Of a stretch of DNA of 64,000 nt, positions 55,713 to 63,942 are shown one piece after another; position 1 is the first letter of the stretch, and each line of letters begins with the position of its first letter. The position numbers were made by a program, and so were the translations under genes. The stretch is from the NCBI GenBank assembly GCA_963728735.1, contig CAVSLX010000010.1:12456-76455 (forward strand), written 5' to 3'. The notes beneath the pieces are model-generated. The model saw only the letters and a program-made list of their open reading frames with translations, was not told where the DNA came from and ran no database searches. This stretch comes from an uncultured Actinomycetes bacterium (GTDB taxonomy: Bacteria; Actinomycetota; UBA4738; HRBIN12).

Positions 55713-56411
55713 CTACTCGGCCCTGATCGAGCGCACGAAGTCGCGGATCGAGGCATCGCCGAACCGCGTGTGACCGAGCAGGTGCTCGAGCAGTCCGTCG
55801 GCTTCGTCGTTGGCCGGCGCCACCGCCACGACGACGTAGAGGCCCGAGCGCGGGATACCGACCTGGCGGGCAGGTCCGAGGCCGGGAGCCGCCACGAAGT
55901 ATGCCCACCGCGTCGCCCGTCTCCCGGGGACGCCGCACACGCCTTCGCCCCTCGCGACGTAATCGCCGGACGATCGGATGGTTCCCTGGGCGAACGTGGG
56001 CGCATGGTCCACGTACACCTGCTCGGCGAGCGTGCGGCACTGCTTCGAAGCCACGAGCCGCGTCAGGAGCGGGCCGGTGGCCGCCAGGTAGTAGTAGTCG
56101 CTCGGCACGCCGACCCGGGTCGCGTCCACCCAGGTGGCCGACAGACCCGTGATCCCCCCGTCGAGCTCCCCCCACGCCTGCGGCCGGGGTGAGGCGACGA
56201 ACCCTTGCCTCGTCGCGTCGGCGGCGCTCGTCGCGATCGCGCGCCAACCGGGCGGCACGAGGGCGTTCACGGGTCCGGCCGAGACGCGCGCGAACTCGCT
56301 CGGCGTGGAGACCATCTCGACCGCCGGGGCGGGCGGCGTGGTCGAACTGCCCTGCCAGGTACAGCCGGCCGTCGCGACGGTCAGCACGAGTCCCACGAAG
56401 GTTCCTCGCAC
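55713..56411 (-). CDS. Hypothetical lipoprotein
   Basis: Lipobox TVATAGCT after a GTG 56411 start (tentative). No known domain. Confidence 0.5.
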   Translation of the reverse strand: MRGTFVGLVLTVATAGCTWQGSSTTPPAPAVEMVSTPSEFARVSAGPVNALVPPGWRAIATSAADATRQGFVASPRPQAWGELDGGITGLSATWVDATRVGVPSDYYYLAATGPLLTRLVASKQCRTLAEQVYVDHAPTFAQGTIRSSGDYVARGEGVCGVPGRRATRWAYFVAAPGLGPARQVGIPRSGLYVVVAVAPANDEADGLLEHLLGHTRFGDASIRDFVRSIRAE

Positions 56412-56515
56412 GTTCGTGCCGCGAGGATATCCTCGGGCGCCCCGCCTGGCTAGGTCTCGGGCGCGCACGCCGCTGACGACGAGCCTCACGGGAACGCCGA
56501 CGGCGTCGCGCTCGA

Positions 56516-57711
56516 TCAGGCGGCGCCGAGCGGGGGCGTTGCCAGCCGATCGCCCTCGTGGCTCGGGATGCAGAACGAGACCCGCGTGCCTCCACCCGGC
56601 AACGGGTCCGACCACACGATCCCTCCGTGCTCGACCACCACCTGCCGAGCGAGGTGGAGCCCCACCCCCACGCCCGACTTCTCCTTGCGAAGGATCCCTT
56701 CGCCGGTCGAGAAGGGCTGGTCGAAGGCCTGCGCGGCCACCGCTCGATCGAGCCCTTCCCCGTGGTCGACGACGGTGATCACGACGCCTTCGGTGAGGGT
56801 TCGGGCGATCAACTCGACGGGGGTGTCCGGCGGGGAGTACCGGCAGGCGTTGTCGAGCAACTCCCGCACGACGCCCCCCATCTTCGCGCCGTCGGCGATC
56901 GCCACGAGCGAGTCGGGGACCTGCGTGACGATCGACTGCGCCGGATACTGGCGCGACACCTCGTCGACCGCATGACGGACCAAGGGAGCGAGATCCGTCG
57001 ATCGGAGCTCCAGGGAGAAACTTCCCTTCTCGATCTCGGAGATCGTGATGATCTCGTCGACGAGCGCCATCAGCTTGTCCAGCGATGCCTGGAGCTGCTC
57101 CAGGAACTGGGTCCGTTCACCCTCCGGCACGCTTGGATTGCGGAGCACGTAGGCGATGCCCTTGGCGACCGTCACCGGGGTCCGGAGCTCGTGGAGATGT
57201 TCGCGAGGAAGTCTGCCTTCGCAGAGGACCCCTGCGAGACATCGTCGCGGAGCGTCCCGAGCTCGCCCTCGAGCTCGCGGATCCTGCCGGTCACCCGAGC
57301 GAGCTCCGAGCCGAGCGACGTTGCCGCGACCGGCGAGAGGACGACGGCTCCCCCTGCGACGGAACGGATCGCACTCACGAGCGCCTCGGGCGGTTCCGCC
57401 TTGCTCAGGTACGCGGACGCGCCGGCTCCCAAGGCCGAGGCGACGAGATGGGCGGCGTCGTCGGCGCTCCGGGCCACGATCCGGGCATCCGGTGCGGAGG
57501 CCCGGAGCCGCCGGATCAGCTCCCCGTCCGGAAGAGCGTCCAGGCCGGGTTCACACACCACCACATCGGGTCGTCCGCGGGTCACGGCTTCGACGGCGCG
57601 CAAGGCGTCGGTCGTGATCTCGACCAGCATGTCCGGCGCCTCCCGGAGCAGGTGGTACTGCAGACGTGCAACCTCGTCTGGCGAGTCGCACAGCAACACG
57701 TTGATCGACAT
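56516..57711 (-). pseudogene. Receiver-domain-fused histidine kinase (REC, coiled coil, HisKA, HATPase_c), frame broken inside the H-box
   Basis: N-terminal part MSINVLLCDSPDE..VVVCEPGLD.. ends KADFLANIS-TSSGPR*. The next frame continues VTVAKGIAYVL..LLDNACRYSP..DHGEGL..GVGVGLHLAR. Restoring one C gives ANISHELRTPVTV. Length is 3n+2. Confidence 0.8.
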
Positions 57712-57778
57712 CTCTCTCCCGGTATCGGCCGTCCCCCGGAAGGGTTGAGACACCGGACGAACGGCGGAGGGCCTCCGG

Positions 57779-58429
57779 TCAGTGCACGATGCCGGTGCGG
57801 ATCGCGATCGCGACCGCCTGGGCGCGGTCGTTCGCGCCGAGCTTCTCGAAGATGCGCTCGAGATGGGTCTTGACGGTGTGCGGTGAGATCCCGAGCTCGC
57901 TCGCGACCAGGCGCGTGGTGGCTCCGTCGGCAACCTTCTGCAGGATCTCGCGCTCTCGCTTCGACAGCGGAGGTGTCTTCTGCTCGCCGCCACCACCCTC
58001 GCCCATCCGCGCCTCCTCGATGAAGGTCTTCGTGAGCTGCGGATGGATCACGGCGTTGCCCTCGATCGCATTGCGAGCCGCGTCGACGAGCGCGTCGGGC
58101 GAAGCGTCCTTGAGGAGGTAGCCCGACACTCCCGCTTGGATCGCCTCCGCGATGGCGCCGCGGGATTCGTCGATCGTGATGAGGATGACCTTCGTCTCCG
58201 GCGCTGCTTCGCGGATACGCCGCGTCGCCTCGATCCCGTCCATGCCCGGCATCCGCACGTCCATGAAGACGACGTCCGGTGTGAGCTCGCGGGCCCGCTC
58301 GACGGCCTCCTCGCCGGTCGCGGCCTCGCCGACGACGACGACGGCATCGTCGGACAGTTCGAGGGCGGTCCGCAGGCCTTCGCGCGTGACCGGATGGTCA
58401 TCGACGATCAGGGCACGGATCTGGGCCAT
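57779..58429 (-). CDS. NarL/LuxR-family response regulator
   Basis: SD GAGGAACGAGG lies before ATG 58429. Motifs ALIVDDHPVTREGL, VFMDVRMPGMDG, HTH LSKREREILQKVADGATTRLVASELGISPHTVKTHLERIFEKLG. Confidence 0.9.
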   Translation of the reverse strand: MAQIRALIVDDHPVTREGLRTALELSDDAVVVVGEAATGEEAVERARELTPDVVFMDVRMPGMDGIEATRRIREAAPETKVILITIDESRGAIAEAIQAGVSGYLLKDASPDALVDAARNAIEGNAVIHPQLTKTFIEEARMGEGGGGEQKTPPLSKREREILQKVADGATTRLVASELGISPHTVKTHLERIFEKLGANDRAQAVAIAIRTGIVH

Positions 58430-58501
58430 CGACACCTCGTTCCTCGGCGGGGAAGTAACCTGTACGCGTAAGGATATGCCCGATCGAGCGCGGAAGGGCT
58501 C

Positions 58502-58894
58502 ATGGACGAGCGAGAGATGACGACGACGACCGCCGAGGGGTCCGATGATGCATCCCGTGTAGCTGGCCTCGGATCGGGCCCGGACGATGCCCGCGCGACG
58601 GCCGACGATGTGCGCGAGGCGCTCAAGCAGGTGTTCGACCCCGAGCTGGGCTTGAACATCGTCGATCTCGGCCTCGTCTACGAGGTGGAGGTCGACGACA
58701 GCGGCGACGTCGACATCCGCTATTCCCTCACCACCATGGGCTGCCCGATCGGCCCGATGATCGAGGATCAGATGCGCGCGTTCCTCGCGCCCCTCCCCGG
58801 GCTCGGCGAGGTCCGCCCCGAGTTCGTCATCCGGCCGCCCTGGACACCCGAGATGATGTCCGACGAGGCCAAGGCCGCGCTGGGCATCTTCTGA
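58502..58894 (+). CDS. DUF59 (SufT/MIP18-like) Fe-S assembly protein
   Basis: VREALKQVFDPELGLNIVDLGLVY...TTMGCPIG; canonical DUF59 pattern with the conserved Cys. Confidence 0.75.
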   Translation: MDEREMTTTTAEGSDDASRVAGLGSGPDDARATADDVREALKQVFDPELGLNIVDLGLVYEVEVDDSGDVDIRYSLTTMGCPIGPMIEDQMRAFLAPLPGLGEVRPEFVIRPPWTPEMMSDEAKAALGIF

Positions 58895-58919
58895 GGCCAC
58901 TCGCCACGCCCGGTTGACG

Positions 58920-58955
58920 TTGCAGGTGCAACGGCGATAGAACATGCACCTGCAA
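58920..58955. promoter_or_regulatory. Perfect 11-bp inverted repeat TTGCAGGTGCA-N14-TGCACCTGCAA abutting a TTGACG -35-like hexamer (58914-58919)
   Basis: Direct reading. The spacer contains gATAGAAc. Lies in the 296-bp region upstream of the rhodanese gene. Confidence 0.5.
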
Positions 58956-58956
58956 T

Positions 58957-58980
58957 GCCGATCGAAGGGCCGATCGAAGG
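58957..58980. repeat. 12-bp tandem duplication (GCCGATCGAAGG x2)
   Basis: Direct reading, immediately 3' of the inverted repeat. Confidence 0.9.
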
Positions 58981-59190
58981 GCAGGGATTGATCCGCACAC
59001 GTTGCCGCGGGCTCGTTGCAGCGATGATCCCTTCGCGTCTTTGCTGTCGCCCGGGCGCGCCGATCGCGCGCGCTGCGGACAGGTCGCGAACCTAGACCGC
59101 ACGCCCGCGCGACCCGATCCGCCGACGTCGGCGTTCGCCGACGACCGCCTGAACCGGCGACCACTCGCCGGAGGAAAGGAGACGCCGATC

Positions 59191-60039
59191 ATGAGCGACT
59201 ACGCGAATCCCGACGTGCTCGTCAGCACCGAATGGCTCGAGGAGCATCTCGACGACCCCTCGATCCGGGTGATCGAGGTGGACGAGGACACCTCGGCCTA
59301 CGAGAAGGGACACATCCGAGGCGCCGTGGGCTGGGACTGGTCCAAGGATCTGCACACGGACGTCGGTCGCGAGTACGTGTCGCAGGCCGAGCTCTCGACC
59401 CTCATGTCCGAGGCGGGCGTCGGCCCCGACACGACCGTCGTGCTCTACGGAGGCAACAACAACTGGTTCGCGGCCTACGCGTACTGGATCGTCAAGCTCC
59501 GCGGATTCGACAACGTGAAGCTCGTGAACGGAGGCCGCAAGAAGTGGGAGCTCGAGAGCCGCGAGCTCGTCCCGGACGTGCCTCACCACCAGGCGACCGG
59601 CTTCGCGATCTCCGGTCCCGAACGACCCGAGATCCGCGCGCTCCGCGACGAGGTGATCTCGAGGGTCGACAGCGGTGTCGGCCTCGTGGACGTGCGCTCA
59701 CCGGAGGAATTCCGCGGGGAGAAGCTCGCGCCCGACCACCTGCCCCAGGAACAGTCGCAGGTTCCGGGTCACATCAAGGGTGCCGCCAACATCCCCTGGA
59801 TGAAGGCTGCGAACGACGATGGCACCTTCAAGACGGCCGACGAGCTCCGCGAGCTCTACGAGGCCGAGGGCATCACCCGCGACCGGGACGTGATCGCGTA
59901 CTGTCGGATCGGCGAGCGGTCGTCGCACACTTGGTTCGCGCTCCAAGAGCTCCTCGGCTACGAGCGCGTCAAGAACTACGACGGCTCCTGGACCGAATAC
60001 GGGTCGCTCGTCGGGGCACCGGTCGAGCTCGGCGGCTAA
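59191..60039 (+). CDS. Thiosulfate/3-mercaptopyruvate sulfurtransferase (tandem rhodanese domains)
   Basis: Strong SD GGAGGAAAGGAG lies before the ATG. Two rhodanese domains. Active-site loop YCRIGERSS. Confidence 0.9.
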   Translation: MSDYANPDVLVSTEWLEEHLDDPSIRVIEVDEDTSAYEKGHIRGAVGWDWSKDLHTDVGREYVSQAELSTLMSEAGVGPDTTVVLYGGNNNWFAAYAYWIVKLRGFDNVKLVNGGRKKWELESRELVPDVPHHQATGFAISGPERPEIRALRDEVISRVDSGVGLVDVRSPEEFRGEKLAPDHLPQEQSQVPGHIKGAANIPWMKAANDDGTFKTADELRELYEAEGITRDRDVIAYCRIGERSSHTWFALQELLGYERVKNYDGSWTEYGSLVGAPVELGG

Positions 60040-60701
60040 TCGACCGGCGAGTCGGGCACCGTCGCCTCCCGCATCCGCGGCTCCGGCCGACCGGCGGGGA
60101 CGCCGACCAGGAGGTTGGCGGCCCCGCCGATCGCGAGGCCGAGGCCGAGCCCCCCGACGACGTCGAGCGGGGCGTGTGCGCCCAGGTACGGTCGCGCGAG
60201 GGCCACGAGCGCCACGGCGATCCACGGCACCGGGCGCCAGCGACGCGGTAGCCACGGCGTCGCCACCACGCTGATCGCGGTCGTCAGCACGACGTGGCCC
60301 GAGACGAAGGCCGGCCCCTCCGTGGACACGCCGCTCGCGACGATCGCGCCGGGGATCGTCGTGCCGGGGCGCTCGCGCACGAGGATCTCCCACACGATCC
60401 GCTCCGCCACGAGCTTCGTGAGGGTCACGAGGACGATGGCGAAGGCCAGGCGGGCCCGGCCGAGGGCGAGCGCGATCAGCGCCAAGACGGGCCCGACCAT
60501 GAGCACGCCCAGGAACTGGGCCCCCTGCATCAGCGGCTCGAGCCATCGTGGGAGGCCGTTGATGGCGTCGAAAACGGCCCGTTCGTCGGGGCCGACGCGG
60601 CCGTCGGACGCGAGGAACGCGCAGGCGAGGAACATGGCGAGGCCGCCGAGCAGGGCGACGAGGTCGCTCACCCGTCGCCCGAGCGGCACCTCCCTCGTCA
60701 T
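60036..60701 (-). CDS. PAP2-superfamily membrane phosphatase
   Basis: Motifs SGH (FVSGHVV) and R..x..H...D (ARPYLGAHAPLDVVGG). 5-6 TM segments. The stop overlaps the rhodanese stop by 4 nt. Confidence 0.7.
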   Translation of the reverse strand: MTREVPLGRRVSDLVALLGGLAMFLACAFLASDGRVGPDERAVFDAINGLPRWLEPLMQGAQFLGVLMVGPVLALIALALGRARLAFAIVLVTLTKLVAERIVWEILVRERPGTTIPGAIVASGVSTEGPAFVSGHVVLTTAISVVATPWLPRRWRPVPWIAVALVALARPYLGAHAPLDVVGGLGLGLAIGGAANLLVGVPAGRPEPRMREATVPDSPVD

Positions 60702-60724
60702 GGCGTCGTCATGGCGTCGTCATG
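60696..60724. repeat. 11-bp tandem repeat (about 2.6 copies of CGTCATGGCGT) spanning the PAP2 start codon
   Basis: Direct reading: CAT at 60699, 60710 and 60721, which are three ATGs on the minus strand at an 11-nt period. Confidence 0.9.
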
Positions 60725-60781
60725 TCCCGGAGCCTAGCCGCGGCGTCGGGGGCCGAGGGGGCATGAATCCTACCCATCCGA

Positions 60782-60787
60782 TAGACT
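60782..60787 (+). promoter_or_regulatory. -10 box TAGACT of the suf promoter (within the shared module CGATAGACTTT..GCGTG)
   Basis: About 55 nt upstream of sufB ATG 60843, which has SD GGAAGGGGAG. The same 11-mer recurs before sufD. Confidence 0.5.
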
Positions 60788-60842
60788 TTGCGTGTCCGGC
60801 GTCACGGCGCCGCCGTCGACCGTTCGGAAGGGGAGTCCCGAC

Positions 60843-62255
60843 ATGGCCGTCAGCCAAGAAGAGCACCTCCGCGAACTCAGCAAGGGATACCGTTTCGGGT
60901 GGAGCGACCCCGAGCACTACGTGTTCGAACCGAAACGCGGCCTGAGCCGAGAGGTCGTCGAGGAGATCTCCTGGCTCAAGAGCGAGCCCGAGTGGATGCG
61001 CAAGTACCGTCTCAAGTCCCTCGATCATTTCGAGCGCCGTCCGATGCCGTGGTGGGGCGCCGACCTGTCCGACATCGACTTCCAGAACATCTTCTACTTC
61101 ATCCGCTCGACCGAGCAGCAGGCCCAGTCCTGGGACGATCTGCCCGACGACATCAAGGGCACGTGGGACAAGCTCGGCATCCCCGAGGCCGAGAAGAAGT
61201 ACCTGGGCGGCGTGAGCGCACAGTACGAATCCGAGGTCGTGTACCACAAGATCAAAGACGACCTCGATGCGCAGGGCGTGCTGTTCACCGACATGGATTC
61301 GGCGCTCCGCGATCACCCCGACATCGTCAAGGAGTACTTCGGCACGATCATCCCGGCCAACGACAACAAGTTCGCGGCGCTGAACTCCGCGGTGTGGTCG
61401 GGCGGGTCGTTCATCTACGTGCCGCCCGGCGTGCACGTCGACATCCCGCTGCAGGCGTACTTCCGGATCAACGCCCAGAACATGGGCCAGTTCGAGCGCA
61501 CGCTGATCATCGCCGACGAGGGCAGCTACGTGCACTACGTCGAGGGATGCTCGGCGCCGATCTACACGAGCGACTCGCTCCATTCCGCCGTGGTCGAGAT
61601 CGTCGTCAAGAAGGGCGCTCGCGTCCGGTACACGACGATCCAGAACTGGTCGACGAACGTGTACAACCTCGTGACGAAGCGGGCGGCCGCCTACGAAGAC
61701 GGCGTGATGGAGTGGATCGACGGCAACATCGGTTCGAAGATCACGATGAAGTACCCGTCGATCTACCTGCTGGGCAAGGGCGCGCGAGGCGAGGTGCTGA
61801 GCGTGGCGTTCGCCGGCAAGGGGATGCACACCGATGCGGGCGGCAAGGCGATCCACGCGGCGCCGTACACGTCGAGCGTGATCACCTCGAAGTCGGTCTC
61901 GAAGGACGGCGGCCGCACGGGCTACCGAGGCCTCGTCCGCGTCGAGGAGGGCGCCCATCACTCGAAGTCGATGGTGCGCTGCGACGCGCTGATCCTCGAC
62001 CCCGAGTCGCGCTCGGACACCTACCCCTACGTGGAGGTCGAGGAGGAGACGGCTGAGCTCGGTCACGAGGCGAGCGTCGCGCGGATCGGCGAGGACCAGC
62101 TCTTCTACCTGATGAGCCGCGGCCTCTCCGAGGCGGAGGCGAGCGCGATGATCGTGAACGGCTTCATCGAGCCGATCACCCGCGAGCTTCCGATGGAATA
62201 CGCCGTCGAGCTGAACCGCCTGATCGAGCTCCAGATGGAAGGCGCGATCGGCTAG
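60843..62255 (+). CDS. sufB: Fe-S cluster assembly scaffold protein SufB
   Basis: Highly conserved blocks [61 protein letters not shown]. Confidence 0.95.
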   Translation: MAVSQEEHLRELSKGYRFGWSDPEHYVFEPKRGLSREVVEEISWLKSEPEWMRKYRLKSLDHFERRPMPWWGADLSDIDFQNIFYFIRSTEQQAQSWDDLPDDIKGTWDKLGIPEAEKKYLGGVSAQYESEVVYHKIKDDLDAQGVLFTDMDSALRDHPDIVKEYFGTIIPANDNKFAALNSAVWSGGSFIYVPPGVHVDIPLQAYFRINAQNMGQFERTLIIADEGSYVHYVEGCSAPIYTSDSLHSAVVEIVVKKGARVRYTTIQNWSTNVYNLVTKRAAAYEDGVMEWIDGNIGSKITMKYPSIYLLGKGARGEVLSVAFAGKGMHTDAGGKAIHAAPYTSSVITSKSVSKDGGRTGYRGLVRVEEGAHHSKSMVRCDALILDPESRSDTYPYVEVEEETAELGHEASVARIGEDQLFYLMSRGLSEAEASAMIVNGFIEPITRELPMEYAVELNRLIELQMEGAIG

Positions 62256-62280
62256 CCCGCTGGAAATCCGACCTTTTCGA

Positions 62281-62286
62281 TAGACT
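62281..62286 (+). promoter_or_regulatory. -10 box TAGACT, 6 nt upstream of sufD GTG 62293 (internal leaderless promoter)
   Basis: CGATAGACTTT-cggc-GTG. Lies 26 nt downstream of the sufB stop. Confidence 0.5.
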
Positions 62287-62292
62287 TTCGGC

Positions 62293-63618
62293 GTGACCAG
62301 CCACGCTTCCGTCTTGACCACGACCTTCGACGAGCGGGCGCTCGCATCGCTCCCCGAAGCCACCGCGTTCACCGGGCAGCTCCGCAGGCGCGCGTTCGAC
62401 GAGTTCCGCGCGCTCCCGCTCCCGTCCCCGGAGACCGAGGAGTGGCGCTACACCGACGTCTCCGACCTCGTCTTCGACCACGTGCCGTACACGCCGGGCG
62501 GGAAAGCCGCGACCCTCGACGACGTGCCCGGGCACGTGCTCGAGGCGGCCGGCGCCGTTGGTGAGCGCGCCGGGCTGCAGATCCAGCACAACGGCGAGGT
62601 CATGACGACCCACCTCTTGCCCGAGCTCGTCGCGAGAGGCGTGCGTTTCGGCGACCTCGACGCGGCCGCGGCCGAACATCCCGACCTGCTCGAGGCGCAC
62701 CTGCATTCGCTCGTGCCGACGAGCCGAACCGTCTTCACGGCGCTGCACGGGGCGTTCCGAACCGGTGGGACGTTCCTCTACGTGCCGCCCGACGTGCAGG
62801 TCGAGCTGCCGGTCCAGGCGATCACGTACCTCGACGCCGACGGGGGAGCCGTGTTTCCCCACACCCTCGTGATCGCCGACCGGGGGAGCGAGGTCACCTT
62901 CATCGATCGCTATGTGTCGCCGGATCTCGGCCGCGCGCTCTCGGACGCCGTCGTCGAGCTGATCCTCGAAGACGGCGCGCAGGTCCGCTACGTCGGATTG
63001 CAGGAGTGGGGGGATGGGGTCCAGCACCTCGGGGTGCAGCGGGTCCGCCTCGGGCGCGACGCGCAGCTCCGCTCGCTCAGCGTCTCCTTCGGAGGGTCGC
63101 TCACGCGCAGCGAGGTCGAGGTGGAGCTCGTCGGTGAAAGGTCCTCGACCGAGCTGCTGGGCGTCTACTTCGGCGCCGGCGATCAACACGTCGACCACCG
63201 TTCGATCCAGCTCCACCAGGGCTCCAGGAGTTCGAGCGACCTGCTCTACAAGGGCGCGCTGCGAGACGCGTCGAGCGCGATCTACACGGGGACCGTCATC
63301 ATCGATCACGACGCACACCAGTGCGACGCGTACCAGACGAACCGCAACATCTTGCTGTCGGAACAGGCGAAGGCGATGTCGGTCCCGAACCTGGAGATTC
63401 TCACGAACGATCCGACGCGATGCGGCCACGCGGCGAGCGTCGGTCCGGTGAGCGAGGACGAGCTGTTCTACCTGCAGAGCCGTGGCATCCCGCGCGACGA
63501 GGCCGAACGGTTGATCGTGTTCGGCTTCTTCAACGAAGTGCTCGACCGCGTCGACCTGCCCGAGATCCGCGAGAGCCTCGAGCGGTCGATCGAGGCCGAG
63601 CTCGAGCGGGAGGCCTGA
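62293..63618 (+). CDS. sufD: Fe-S cluster assembly protein SufD
   Basis: Motifs EEWRYTD, FTALHGAF..GGTFLYVP, LLS..A.A...P.LEI..NDV.C.HAA, FYL.SRGI. Confidence 0.9.
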   Translation: MTSHASVLTTTFDERALASLPEATAFTGQLRRRAFDEFRALPLPSPETEEWRYTDVSDLVFDHVPYTPGGKAATLDDVPGHVLEAAGAVGERAGLQIQHNGEVMTTHLLPELVARGVRFGDLDAAAAEHPDLLEAHLHSLVPTSRTVFTALHGAFRTGGTFLYVPPDVQVELPVQAITYLDADGGAVFPHTLVIADRGSEVTFIDRYVSPDLGRALSDAVVELILEDGAQVRYVGLQEWGDGVQHLGVQRVRLGRDAQLRSLSVSFGGSLTRSEVEVELVGERSSTELLGVYFGAGDQHVDHRSIQLHQGSRSSSDLLYKGALRDASSAIYTGTVIIDHDAHQCDAYQTNRNILLSEQAKAMSVPNLEILTNDPTRCGHAASVGPVSEDELFYLQSRGIPRDEAERLIVFGFFNEVLDRVDLPEIRESLERSIEAELEREA

Positions 63619-63621
63619 CCG

Positions 63622-63942
63622 ATGGGGTTGGTCAAGGTGTGCGCCGCGACCGATGTGCCCGCCGGCGAGGCGAAGCGGGTGTCGGTCGGCGAGCGTCTGA
63701 TCGCGGTGGTGAACCTCGGCGACGAGGGATTCCGCGCGATCGACGCGGTGTGCTCACATGCGCATTACTACCTGGACGAGGGCGACGTCGACGTCGACGA
63801 CGCGACGATCGAGTGTCCGAAGCACGGGTCGACGTTCGACCTCGAGAGCGGCAAGCCACGCTCGCTGCCGGCGACGCTCCCGGTGCAGGTGTTCCCGGTC
63901 AAGGTGGAGAACGACGACGTGATGATCGAGGTGGAGGCATGA
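63622..63942 (+). CDS. Rieske [2Fe-2S] ferredoxin-like protein of the suf operon
   Basis: Rieske motifs CSHAHY and CPKHGSTF. SD GGGAGG upstream. 106 aa. Confidence 0.85.
   Translation: MGLVKVCAATDVPAGEAKRVSVGERLIAVVNLGDEGFRAIDAVCSHAHYYLDEGDVDVDDATIECPKHGSTFDLESGKPRSLPATLPVQVFPVKVENDDVMIEVEA

Noticed and set aside
54259-56595. The 778-aa version of the lpd ORF (310-aa N-terminal extension).
   Set aside because: The FAD-binding motif begins right after ATG 55662. The upstream part is Arg-rich and overlaps the lipoprotein gene, which lies in another frame.
60792-60842. GTG 60792 as the sufB start (the ORF-track start).
   Set aside because: The conserved SufB N-terminus begins at MAVSQEEHL (ATG 60843), which has a good SD. 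The 17 extra codons are not SufB-like.
60720-63429. ORFs of 550 aa and 417 aa on the minus strand.
   Set aside because: They are antisense to the unmistakable sufB and sufD genes, so they are compositional artefacts.
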